In this document: one piece after another, positions 22,197-34,084 of the stretch
How positions within the stretch are numbered: position 1 is the first letter of the stretch
Layout of the letters: each line of letters opens with the position of its first letter
Assembly (NCBI GenBank): GCA_002633005.1
Contig: NMRA01000018.1
Span: 1,375,531 to 1,439,530, forward strand
Length of the DNA stretch: 64,000 nt
Origin: Phoronis australis
Lineage: Eukaryota > Animalia > Phoronida
Reading direction: 5' to 3'
Translations under genes and position numbers: made by a program
Notes under the pieces: generated by a model
Database searches by the model: none
Told to the model about the DNA's origin: nothing
The model's input: the letters and a program-made list of their open reading frames with translations, nothing else

Positions 22197-25100
22197 CTGC
22201 AACAATAGTTTTTTATACATGTTAACTACAATAAGGGAAGCCTGGCGTAGGACTTAACATGGCAGTCACAGCCAACAAGGTCCTGTAGAGGGCAGCACAC
22301 AGAAGAGCATTTCCTTATACGATTGCATGAAAATCAAAACTAGGCTACGATTCAGGAAAATACCGTCAAATCATTACATGCAACAATATGCACACTTTTT
22401 TATACGTTTGATAAGAATGTTGCCTCCCCAATAGTTATTACCATTCATTTTTGTTGTGAACAGAATTAGTTGTCATGACAGGCAAACATTATTTTGTCTC
22501 ATTACATCGTTCTTGTACTGTATATCCATACGTGAAATTTTCCACCGTGAACAAACATTACTGTATCGTATCATGCTGCGGATATGGGCAGGTCGCTTCA
22601 ACCATCTTACAAAAACATACATCAGCTATTTAAGTCCTGTTTCCTGAAAAGTTTTAAGGCTAAGACCAAAAACTTGTCGTATAAATTAAGACTGAAATTT
22701 TCACTTTGTTAAGAACAAAATAAAAAGACCATTACAATCGAATACAAAGTTGATTTTTGGTCTTTGGTCTAAACTCGGACAAAAATCAAGCCAGTTTTCC
22801 CGATTGTTGAACATTCGGACTACACTTTCGCCACCTGATGACAATTTACAAAAATAAGTGAGAAGATATGTTGAAATTGGTGAGCATTTACGTATAACAT
22901 TGAGAAGGACATTAGTACAACTTCAGTCTCATATGCACGGGAAGGTACTGAAAGAGCTGGTATTATTTAAGACATGGAAGTTAGACGTTCTCTATTTGCC
23001 TATAGCGCTTTGCTGGCTCCTGAATTGAAAGCAGACAATACTCAATTTTACATTGTTTAGAACAATTACCGTAAAAGTTCGGGTTAACGCCCTGTAATTT
23101 GTTCCTACTGTGGTGTTAGTCATACATTTTAGTCATTTAGCCCAAAAGATCTGACCCCAAGCCTATTCTGTAGAAGGCAACAGTGCATGAGATTAACCAA
23201 TAATTAAATAAATTGCATATAAAAGTACCCTGGGAGGTTATAAATCAAGCCCCTAGGGTTATTGTCTGAATTCAGAGGTTTATTTGGGTGAAACAGCAGT
23301 ATGCCAAGGTGTACTTTTGGATACAGGAGGCAAACCAACAGAAAATGCATTTGAATTTCTATGAATTTAAGTAATGATCGCTTTTTAACTCTTTCAACGT
23401 CATTTGCTTTTCCCAATGTAAAATAAATTTTGAGGATATGTAGAGCATAGAGTGCATTCACTAAAACGCTCTAGAATTGTTATTTGCCTGTGTGGATTGT
23501 CATGAAACTTTCTGGGTAAGATCCACAATGTGAGTCGGGTAAAGTAATCAAGATTTCAGGTTAAAAAACACTGTCAACAATTGAGTCAATTACACCTCAA
23601 TAACATTTAGATGGCATTGTTATCGATAACAAATTGGAAGATAAATGATCCTTAAAGGCGAAGGCAACCTTTTTATGTCATTTTTAGCAAAAAAAAGGTT
23701 CGTTGATTATTCCAGACATATTTTTCATTTAATTACAGCTTTTTGTAATTTAAACAATTACTCGTCCTTTACTTTGGAAGTGACGTTTTGGGAGGCAAGT
23801 ATTTCGCTCCAATTTCTTTTCATATAGTCTGACTCGGTGAGAGCTGCTGAGTCAGTCATTGATCTGCCTCTGTTGTGATTAGTTCGGTCGTCGTTTGCTT
23901 TTGTTTATGAGTCAGTCAACATGCCTCACTCTTGCTGCGTACCGAGATGTACTCACTATCATCTCAAGGACAGAGGAACAATTGTCCTACTTGCCCGAGT
24001 GTCCCGCGACACACTCCCACTGCTGGGATGGTGACCTGAGCACACAAACTGCTTACATCCCACCGTGTGCCTCCCTCGCCATACACCTGGCACCTTCTAA
24101 ATAGCTCCAATACTTTAGACAAGTCCTCAATAAACTTACCAAAGTTTGGCTCACCAATCTATTCATTGGATGACGAACTGTCCTCTTCACTGGGTGTCGA
24201 ACGGGGCCTGTATTCACTCCCTCTACTCAACATCGCAGCAGGGCTGCTTACAGGCTATGGGCAATAATGAGTACATCCCGGTATGCAGCAACAGTTTGGC
24301 ATGTTGACTGACTCGTAAACAAAAGCAAACAACAACCGAACTTGTCACAGCTGAGGTATAACAATGACTGACTCGACAGCTCTCACAGTCACACTATATG
24401 AAAAGAAATTGACGCGAAATTCTTGCCTCCCAAAATGCCACTTCCTGAGTAAAGGACAAATATAAATTACGAAAAGCTGTAATTAATTGAAAAATATATC
24501 TGGGATAATCGAAGTTTATTTTTGCTAAAAATGGCTTGAAAAAGGTTGCCTTTCCCTTTAAAGAATTTGGAAAGAGACTATATTTTGAGAAATGATGGAA
24601 CTGACAATATCATTAAAATGCAATAATCTTCCACAAAGTTAAATTTCGCGAGTATTAGCTTGGTCAGTCCAGTACCCAACCCACAGTAGGAGTCACTTAC
24701 ACGGGTCTCCTTATTTTAAGAACCACTTTTCTCCACTGAATGACGGATATCAAACTGGTTCTCAAAATCTTAGAGTGACCCCTGTGACTGTTGCCCAACT
24801 CACTATTGGCACGTTTAACAGTGGTTGGGGAACTCACAAAAAGGCGCCTTAGCAGTGAAAGAAACTAATCACGATATAATACCCCGTGTGGTTCATCCCT
24901 AAACAGTAAGAGTATTACATAAATTGCTATACATGTCTAATACACGACTAATCCACACCTTGCAGTTTAGCACGGTTGTTGGCCAATATGAGAAAATAAA
25001 CGTCAGGCTTATTTTATCATGAACAACCACTCAAAAAAAGCTTTCCAAAAATAAGTCCACGGATTTAAGCTTGTGCACAAATTTCAGGTGGATAATGCAT

Positions 25101-26266
25101 CAGCCAGCACTAATATTGAGCTAACTTTGTTTAGTCATGTCGGTAACGTCAACAGAACATAATCAGCTGCATGATAGATAGCAAATTAGGTGCAGAGTGA
25201 ATTGCTGAATTGACCTCTCCAACAACCCAGTCTACTTAGAACATCTTAAACAAACAGTGAAAGGGATTTGAACACGGCACACACTATTACAGGTCAAAAG
25301 TCACAAATTTCAAAGGCTTCGCCTATGTGACAGACCAGATGACTTATTAGTTGCAGGAAGGGACAGTACTGACAGGAAGGCCTGACAGAGCTTACCATCA
25401 GTTAAAAACATATGAAGACTTCTTGAAGAAGTCCGTTCTTCTACTCACTTTGATAAAGATACGCCGCCCTTTTTGTTCACAAAATCCTGGTGGTGTAACA
25501 TGGTGTCCTCCCATGGTATGTCTAAGAATGTTGTTATTTTCCTCAACCACTTCTGCGGCTGCAGCACTAGCTGTTCATAATGTATGGGAAGGCATCTGGT
25601 GGAGAGCTCCCGGCACTGTTTGAACATAGTCTCCGTGGCTACGTTCCACATAGTTAGACACTGCTTGAAGTTATTTAGGTCATACCCGGTGATGGACACC
25701 TTGCGGCTAATGATGGAATGTACGACGGCACGACCGTCGCGGATCATGAATATAAACTTGGCGTTAGGGAAGAGTTTGCTCAAATACTGACTGTAACGCA
25801 TAGAGAATGGATCTTTGTTGCATAAGCGTGGTGCCGGCTCACCGTGCTTGACAATAATCTCCAGGATGAATGCTCTGATTGCGTCATTTATTACGTCGTC
25901 GTCGATTCCTGCCTCGATGAGTCGTTCCTTCTCAAACGTAGACTTCAGCCACTGGCTTCTCAACCCAAGAATCCTCGGCACCAGACGTGTCTCCTTGCCA
26001 CAGCGGACCATCGAGTGTGCATCTAGCATTGCACGCATCAGCGTGGTCCCGCTGCGAGGAACACCCCCAATGAAGATCAGTGGCAGATTACGATCATACG
26101 ACACCACTTTGTCCGTGTCTATGTCTGCCTTACGAGTATTTCCTAACACCTGAAAGTAGTGGGTGTGGCGATGACATCTCAAGTAGCTGAACATTACTGT
26201 CACCCCGACACATAACAGTAAGGCAACAGCCAGTGTCTGCTTCTTCAGGAACCACACCTGCATCAT
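21953..26266 (-). CDS. TPST: Protein-tyrosine sulfotransferase, 2 coding exons, 353 aa
   Basis: Exons 26266-25449 and 22196-21953 total 1062 nt in frame. Motifs: type II TM anchor, 5'[32 protein letters not shown], 3'[26 protein letters not shown]|[27 protein letters not shown]. Confidence 0.96.
23656..24557. mobile_element. Kolobok-type element with ~300-bp inverted arms, in the TPST intron
   Basis: TTAA flanks; aggcgaaggcaaccttttt / aaaaaggttgcctttccct; arms align through to atgcc..tgctgc.tacc..gatgtactca. Confidence 0.85.
25449..26266 (-). CDS. TPST: TPST first coding exon
   Basis: ORF 25445-26266. Acceptor ttgcag lies 23 nt upstream of the ATG (exon starts 26289); donor GTGAGT at 25448 (phase 2). 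Confidence 0.96.
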
Positions 26267-26543
26267 GTCGCCATCTTAATAACCACTACCTGCAACATAA
26301 TGACACAGCGTGAGCACTCTAAGGAGCTACACTAATTGCAGATTGTGTGTGAAATGTTAAAAGGCATTATTTCTGTAGTCACTGGCAGCCCATCATCACA
26401 TTTCAGAAAACAGACAGCAATCTTCAATCTCCGTAAGTGACCATCAGGTAGTTGAAAGTGTGCCTTATTTTTGTCATGTTTGAATAGTGTTGATGGCCAA
26501 AATTAAAATCAAGTTGGTTTCCTGTTACGTAACAGACCACATA

Positions 26544-27098
26544 CACTGGGTGTCCCACAAATGTTAACTGGAGTATTCTAAAATATGTGTACTATGATAT
26601 GATTATACAATGAACTAATGGAGATTTTATTGTTCCAGAAATCCCAAAAGTTGTTTTGCTGAACGTAGAAATATCCCAGTTGACTCTTATCGTAGATAAT
26701 AAAAATTTTTTAGCACTGGCATCAAACACGACTCCTTGCGAAGCTTCAATGCAGGCATTGTTGATTTTTCATCAAAACCATTGCACTTAGCTCAAGAATC
26801 CTTAAAACGACCGTTTCTGTTTCCTGCACTGGAAATTATATTTGATTTGAACATAGAAAGCTGTAGTTTGAAAGAGAAATACCCATTCTGTGGATCAAGC
26901 AAAGGGTGCAAGATAGTTGGCTTTGCAGAGTCTGAATAAATCCATTCATTATTTTTTGCAATTAGAATCACCTGTCAGCAGTGCAAAAGTAATTGTGAGA
27001 TTCCTGGAATAAAAAAACATCATTAGTTTTATTTAAAACTGCTATCTAAAATTGATATTTCAGAGTATTACTGCTAACAATTTTTGGAACACCCTACA
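26544..27098. mobile_element. Tc1/mariner-like MITE
   Basis: ta-cactgggtgtcccacaaatgtta ... taacaatttttggaacaccctaca. Confidence 0.55.
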
Positions 27099-28869
27099 TT
27101 TTGCGCAGCTGTAAAACACTTTACTTGATTGAATCGACAAAAAAATTATTTTTCACAATAAAAATGAAATACTGTTCCAGCCATTGGTATTGAAACTACA
27201 GGTGTAACTTAATCACCTAACCCCTCACCTTAAAGGGTTAATTAAGTTAAAAAACTTGAAAATATATACCAAATTAAGTAATATGTTAACTTCGTATAAT
27301 ATTTACCTATTTTCCGTTATAAAACTAAGTCTTTTTGAGTACTACTTTGCGCCTCGCCCGATATCAGAAAATCATCGACTATTCCCGTCTATTTCCATGA
27401 CATGAACTCCCTGGGCTTCAGTTAAGGAATGATTCCTGAATGACGGCCATGTTGTCTATGAAAATGCATTGAAATCACTGCCAGCGTAAAAGCGTTTTTT
27501 TTTGTTTGGTTGCTTTTGATTTTCATTTTGGTTCTTATTATACAAAATTGATTATCTACTGTCCAAGTTTTATCTGTTCTCTGCATATGAAGAGTGGCAT
27601 TTAATGCAATCAAGGTGTCGCGTCTCCCACACCCAGCACTACTGAGGTGCACTGACTCATCGTGAGGGCACGTCAAATTTCAGCAACAGAACCCGTTCTG
27701 ATAATAAATTAGAGGAAAAACCCTTCGGCAAATATCTTGTCTTTATTTCCACATCGTGAAATGTGCAAAATACCAGCAATTGCCGTGTGACTACTGACAG
27801 CGCATTTCGTAACTTGGCATCAAATCGGCACCTATCGGCTTTACTGGCCGTTAAAATGTAAAGTGAAAAAAAACATCCGCACGACGATGTTTCAACAAAC
27901 AGGAACATTTTTATCTCAAAACAGTTCACTCTCACTTGAATTGCAATAACGCACACCTGTTTTTTGATTTTTGCTGCCTGGAACGAAAACTGCCAAAGTT
28001 TACCCAGTAGTTGTCATGCCGGTGTCACTTCGCCTGAAACGTGAACGGAGGAGTGTAATGAATTGCAGTCTATGAGCCAAATCTTGGCCATGCGAAAACA
28101 TTGTAGTGTTAGAAGTATGACGCAGTAATTTTTTAATCTCTTGGTCACATGAATTTCAGTTATTCAAGGCCTGCAGAGCTAATTAATGTGTTCATCCTAT
28201 GCCGCGGAGCAAAGGTGTCTGCAGCCAGGCTACGGTAATAGCTTTTCCAATACTTCAGGCTAAATGAAAATTCTTCTGCACTTTAAAATGAGTAAAACTC
28301 ATATTATACTATTCAACAACATATCAAGTTTTCTTCTCAAGTTATTTCACCAAAAGTTGGTATTCAATAAGAAACATGCCATTGTTCATTGTTGGCCGTC
28401 AGCTGCCTAACAAAGTCGCCGGAGACCACCTGTACCTTAGTTTTTCTCTGTCTAAATTTATTTTCAATATTTCGCAAGTTGTCAGAATATTCTTACTGTA
28501 TAACAATTTTACTTTTTATTTTGATATTGCATGTTCGTGGTTATGTTTATACTGTTCACAAGAGTTAACTACTCCCAGTAAAACACGCTTAGCCTAGTCG
28601 AATAGACAGCCGTGCTATTCAATAGTGTTCCTTAATGAATCTCACCTCCGACTTAGCGGCAAATCTGAAATGACAGGGTATCACTTGGCTCCAGTTCGTG
28701 ACAAGTGAGGACTTTTCTAAATTTTTTGCCTGCCGATTTCCTCAGGATTTACCTGTAGGTACTGATGGCTTCGTTATAACATGTTCTAAGCATCTAATAA
28801 CGTGGGCTACAAGGTTTTTAACTACTATTGCGTATAGCTACCAACCTACTGTATAACAATCTCGTGTCG

Positions 28870-29379
28870 CTTTCCCATAAGGGGAACTTCGGTTTAACAA
28901 AGCTTTGTCGAAACTTAGCTCACTTTTCCCACCTAAAAAGCGATACAAAGTTATCGCCATGGCAACAGGCGATGCAGTTCATTCGTACTCTTAAACGAAT
29001 ATTGAATAGTGGGTTCGAGGCTAACTGAAGATTGTTCTCCTGCCAATTACGAAATAATCAGTGTCATTCTTCATCAGATAGGCTTTCTTTTATTTATTTA
29101 CATCCATCTATTGAGAGCACGTTGGCTACACTACAATAACGAAGAACATGTTTTGCGAGTCTTGCGTTATCATATATCATTGGCGCAACCCCTACGATAA
29201 CTTCAACGAAGCTTCAGTTTGAGTGTTCCCACTCCAACAAAGTTTCGGTGAGTATCGAAGCTTCACTTTTAAATCCTACTATTTTCAGCGAAGTTTCGTT
29301 TGCAGATTAACTACCGTAGTTAATCTTTCCCACTCACCGAAACTTCGATAAAAGCGCAGTTTCGCCTCTACCGAGAAAG
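28870..29379 (+). mobile_element. TIR element (ctttc...gaaag), copy 1
   Basis: About 300 bp closely similar to 39706-40063. Confidence 0.7.
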
Positions 29380-29663
29380 TACCTTCAGAGGAACGAGAGT
29401 ATGATGAAGGGAAGTCAAGGGTCTTCAGCATCGTAGTCTTTCTGGCATTACCCAGTGTTAGGAAAGTTCATACACAAGTGAAAACTTGTAAACTAGTCCT
29501 TGAGGTAACGTAGGCCTTTATTGACACGACTGGATATTTAGCCAAATGTCTGCACAACTATAGATTTTAACTCAGTAAAAGTAATTATACCACAATATTA
29601 GCCTCGAATGGCAGATACAACTGTGTAATAACCCATAAAGTTATCTCACATTTTGGCGGGAAA

Positions 29664-29735
29664 CAGAGGCCGGATTCGAACCCGAGCCTCAAAAGTTTTG
29701 AGTCGCCGAATTTACAACTACACCACTCAGCGGCT
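29664..29735 (-). mobile_element. tRNA-derived SINE head
   Basis: A-box-like tggtgtagttg and B-box gggttcgaatcc; cloverleaf not closable. Confidence 0.55.
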
Positions 29736-30876
29736 GACGTCATCGAACATGAAAATAGAATACTTAAATGAGCATGCGCAACAATCGCATGTTCAGCAAA
29801 GGGCATTGCACCGACAATTATACGCTATGAAAAATAAGACGCATAATTTCCCTTAAAACGATATTTTAATTCAGTGAAATTTTTCTCTCGTGTTCTCTCA
29901 CTTGTAAATCCCCAATCTCCAATTTTAATCAACCCTGTGACTCTACAGTACCCTAGCTGTCAATGCATCAATATAGCCTGAAGATGTTATTTGAAATTCA
30001 TAACATGACTGACATTACACAGGCAATTTACCCAGGCATGGATGACTACACTTCAGTCACACTCCAAGGCTATCTTACTAGAATCATCACTAACTTACAG
30101 AAATTCACTAGTGGAACCAAGTCTGTTTTGCAGACCTAGGAAGCAAATATCACAAGTTTCTAATTAGTTTTACAGTCCCAAGCAGCTCTAACTACTGTAA
30201 AAGTTCTGCAGTTTGAAACAGTGAAAAATTAATTCATTTTGCTCAAGGTCAGAGCATGTAACAAATTTAAGAAATATGTAATATTGGCCATCCCAAATCC
30301 AAGAATTAATGACCAATGACAAAAGAACACTCACCTCAGTGTTACGCACAATGCATGACAATGTTGAGTCAGCGACTATTTTGACAATTTTATGAACTGC
30401 CAGGTCTATTTTCTGGCTGTTGACATAAAACGCAGTGTCCAATATTTGGAAAACATGATGAACCCAAAATCAGCTGTATCCGAATCTTCGGAATCACGAA
30501 AATTCAATTTCTATTTGAATTTTGGTGTTTCAAATTTTAAAGGCTGTCCCAAACTGGAGACGTTTACCGAAGGTCTCCGAAATCACAAACCTCAAACTAG
30601 AATAAATCATATCCTTACCAGTGTTATAAGTTAAAAGTTTGAATTCTTTCCCTGGTTTTTCACCAATGAAACAATAAAATGAAACTGATCAACTGTTGTT
30701 ACATTGCCAGAAATTAAAAATTCAACCTAAAAAAAGGTTGTGGTTTATTTTGTAAAAATGATGTCACATTGAAAGAGCATCACAGAAAGGCAGTGTGGCC
30801 TACAGGGTTGAGTGTCCACCTCCAGCTCTGCCTCAATTTGTTTATATGTACGTTATATGTGTATATCAATGAAACA

Positions 30877-31874
30877 AACAAGAGCAACGCGGAACGGAGC
30901 GTTGAAATGCGCCGAGGCACGGAGCTTCTAGGGGTATTTAGTTGGAGCATAGAAATGGCCACTAGATGATGCAAAACACATCAAATCATCTAGAAACTCG
31001 TGTCACCGAAGCTCTTTACCAAATTTCATAAAAATGACTCAAAGAACTTCTGAGAAACTGAGGAAAACTAAAAAAAATGAAATTGTCACCGACTAAGATG
31101 CTATATGCGCAAAAAACATAACTGCCACTAAAAGGTGCCACAGTAGATGAAGTCGTCGGAAAATCATCCTCAGACTTCCTCTACACATTAGGAACATACA
31201 TGCCAATTTCCACAACCATCCTAAGAGTGGTTTGGTTAACAGAGAGGCAGACGCCAAGTAACAAGACTCGAAAACAGTAAGAATGGCCACTAGATGGCCC
31301 AAAATACCACAAATCAATCCAAAAACCAGAGGATGCCGCTAGCTCACTAATAGATGTGTATCTGCCAAATGTTATGAAAATCCGTTGAGGACCTTTGAAG
31401 ATACAGAGGTAAAATTGAAAAACTAGGAAGCACAGCGGTTGTCCGATCCATCCCAAAGTCATCGTCGTTTGTTGTCAAGTTCATTTAAATACACTTGCTA
31501 AATTTAATAAAGATCCTAAAGACGGTGGAGATACATGCAGCCATGGGCGTAAAAAAATGCCACTAGGAGGCGCCACACTCAAAACAGTAAAAATGGCCAA
31601 TAGATGCCTAACTGCCAAATTTTATGAAAATCAGTTGAGGACTTCTTAAGATAGAGAGGTAAGCGTAAAAAAATTGAAATTGCCACTAGGAGCACACCGG
31701 TTGTCAGAGAGGTCCGAAATTCATCATCATCTATCGCCAGCTTCATAAGAACACATCTGCCAAATCTCATCAAGATCCTGAGATGGGTTTAGGAGATACA
31801 GCTGTGGACTCCCGACGCCTAGACAGAGATGACGGCAATATGCCACCACATATAAATATGTGGACACATAACAA
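30877..31874 (-). mobile_element. Same HINE-like family, both termini present
   Basis: 5' ttgttatgtgtccacatatttatatgtgg..catattgccgtcatctctgtct (palindrome) and 3' ccgcgttgctcttgtt; internal subrepeats. Confidence 0.8.
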
Positions 31875-31970
31875 TGGTTTCAGGTGTCTAGTGCAATGGG
31901 TCTGTATGAGCGGCCTGCACCCATCTGATGCAACACGTATCACACCACCAGCACTATAACATCACATGGG

Positions 31971-32129
31971 AACTGACCTATTGTAAGCTCTGCCCCCACG
32001 CGAAAAGCCAACAAACAACAAGTTTTACCTGACATCCTGTTGTTTGTGTCTTGGAAACGAAGGTGTGTCAAGAATGCTGCATTCTGATTGGTAGGATACG
32101 TTATTGAAAATCCTGGCGATAGGTCAATT
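31971..32129 (-). mobile_element. ~170-bp MITE family, copy 3
   Basis: Reverse-complement match to copies 1 and 2. Confidence 0.75.
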
Positions 32130-32570
32130 GACAAAATGGTCGATACAAAACGACACCTATTATAGTCCATCCACATGAAGTTAAGCAGAATCTCTGGAGC
32201 TGCGTTGTGGAACAATTTCTGATGCTGCCATTATTAGTTGTACATCATCAGCGGTAATACAGTAATACTCAGCTGACATGATACAATGGAGAAAAAATCA
32301 CCGTGGGATACTCAAATGTCAGAAGCACAGGTCACCTTTAAAGTAAACAACAACTCTACTATGAAAGAAGAACATTTCATTGTTACCAAAAAACCACAAT
32401 CAAAAGCGATCTTAAAAAATTGTAAATCTAAAGATTGTTGTGATAATGATAATTTTGAAAGACAAAATAGAATAAGAATAAATACAATAACCTATATTTC
32501 GGTAAATGGAAAATTAATTGGTTAGACTCCAGAGGTTGTGCAACTGCACTAACTTGTAACAATGTTAACT

Positions 32571-32835
32571 TACCATAAACGTATGATTTAACGCCCATGT
32601 TCACTTAATCACCCATCCCCAACTTTAGGTGAATTGGCGATTTAAGCACCCACTGCTGGGTTAAGAGCCCCTCTGCGATTTTTGAAGATTTCCAGTTAAG
32701 CACCTACCTCTCAGTTAAGCGCCCATCCCCAACTAGATTGAAGACGAAGCACCCATGTCTGGTTAACCACCCACCCCCGAATTTTTGGGAATGCCAATTT
32801 AACTGCCCAGGGCATTAACATGAACATTTACTGTG
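32571..32835. mobile_element. pogo/Tigger-like MITE with internal TTAA(G/C)CRCCC repeats
   Basis: taccataaa...tttactgt ends and about 8 copies of a ttaagcgccca-like motif; related end fragment at ~23068. Confidence 0.55.
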
Positions 32836-33678
32836 TGTGATTAAGAATTAATTTGTTATAACGAATACAAATTAACAATGTCTTAAATTATGGACATGCT
32901 ATCAGAATAACATCACGTCACGGTTCGTCTCACAAACATCCTAACGATGGTGAAACTTCACACAATCTGTCAGTGACAAGTTACGTGTAGACCCAAACTG
33001 AAATTGGCTATGAACTCAAACTAGTTTTCCAATACCAGTTCAGAATAATCCTAACTCTGTCAAATACCCATAAATAAATTGAAGGCATAGCAAGTGCATC
33101 TGTTCAGGCAAATTTTTGTGAACTGAATTTCCCCTCACTAATGTACCAGTTACTCTACAGGCAATGGCACTAACTATGTGTGTCAACAGAGGTTCACATG
33201 GAATGAGTTGTCAGTAGGTTTTGCTATAGAGCTACCCGCGTCGGATCATCTCGCCCCGAGTCACCAACACGTCTAAAGGTGAAACAGGGACAAGGCGGAT
33301 GCAATCATAGTACTTGAGCTTGCACAATTACCTAAGAGATATTGATACGTGAGGAAGACCTGAGGGGTTTCTTCAAGTTAAGAAATCAAAGTGAAACCAA
33401 TCAATAACCTAACAAATAAGATGCAAAAATAATTCAAAGGTACTAATGAACATATTAAGGCGTCAACACAGAGAACTATAAACAACTGTTCACAGACACA
33501 AAAGCCAGTGGGCTGAGTTTCAGAAAAATGAGCTAATTTTTCATCTACTACAATGGATAACCAGCGGCAAGGTTAACATTGGTGTGAAACAACAGATTTA
33601 GTGAGACAGACATTCAATAACAACTTGGGGAAATCCCACCGAACTTCCTCAGGATAAAACAAGTCCTCCCTTGAGAAA

Positions 33679-34084
33679 GTCGTCGCCAAATCGTCAGCCG
33701 TCCGAATCACAGTAGGAACATATATGCCAACTTTTACAATCACGAGCATAGAGTGGTTTGTTTGATCAAGCGGCACACGCCACAAACATGACTCGAAAAA
33801 CAGTAAAAATGGCCACTAGGTGGCCCAAAATACCTCGAATCCAACTTAAAATGGGAAGGTAGCATCATTTCACTAACAGACACTTGTCAAATTTTATGAA
33901 AATTCCACGAAGACCTTTGAAGATAGAGGTAAACGTAAAAAAAATAAAATTACCACTGGGGGACACACCGGTAGTCGGATTCATTTGAAAATCATGCCAT
34001 CCCCTTCATGAAAGGAATATAGGTATGTGCAAAAAGAGTTTTGGAGATAGAGCAGCAATCTCCAAAATCAGGGATGACGGCATA
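33679..34084 (-). mobile_element. Same HINE-like family, partial copy
   Basis: About one higher-order unit including tggccactaggtggcc; 5' tatgccgtcatc relic. Confidence 0.7.

Noticed and set aside
30619-30651. 33-nt microexon candidate with a strong GTAAGG donor
   Set aside because: Purine-rich acceptor and a TAA in the phase-2 frame; illustrates that such candidates arise by chance.
33236-33272. 37-nt minus exon candidate (RVGDSGRDDPTR)
   Set aside because: Good acceptor but weak donor (CGG|GTAGCT), and incompatible with the TG-ending microexon candidates; not included in the chain.
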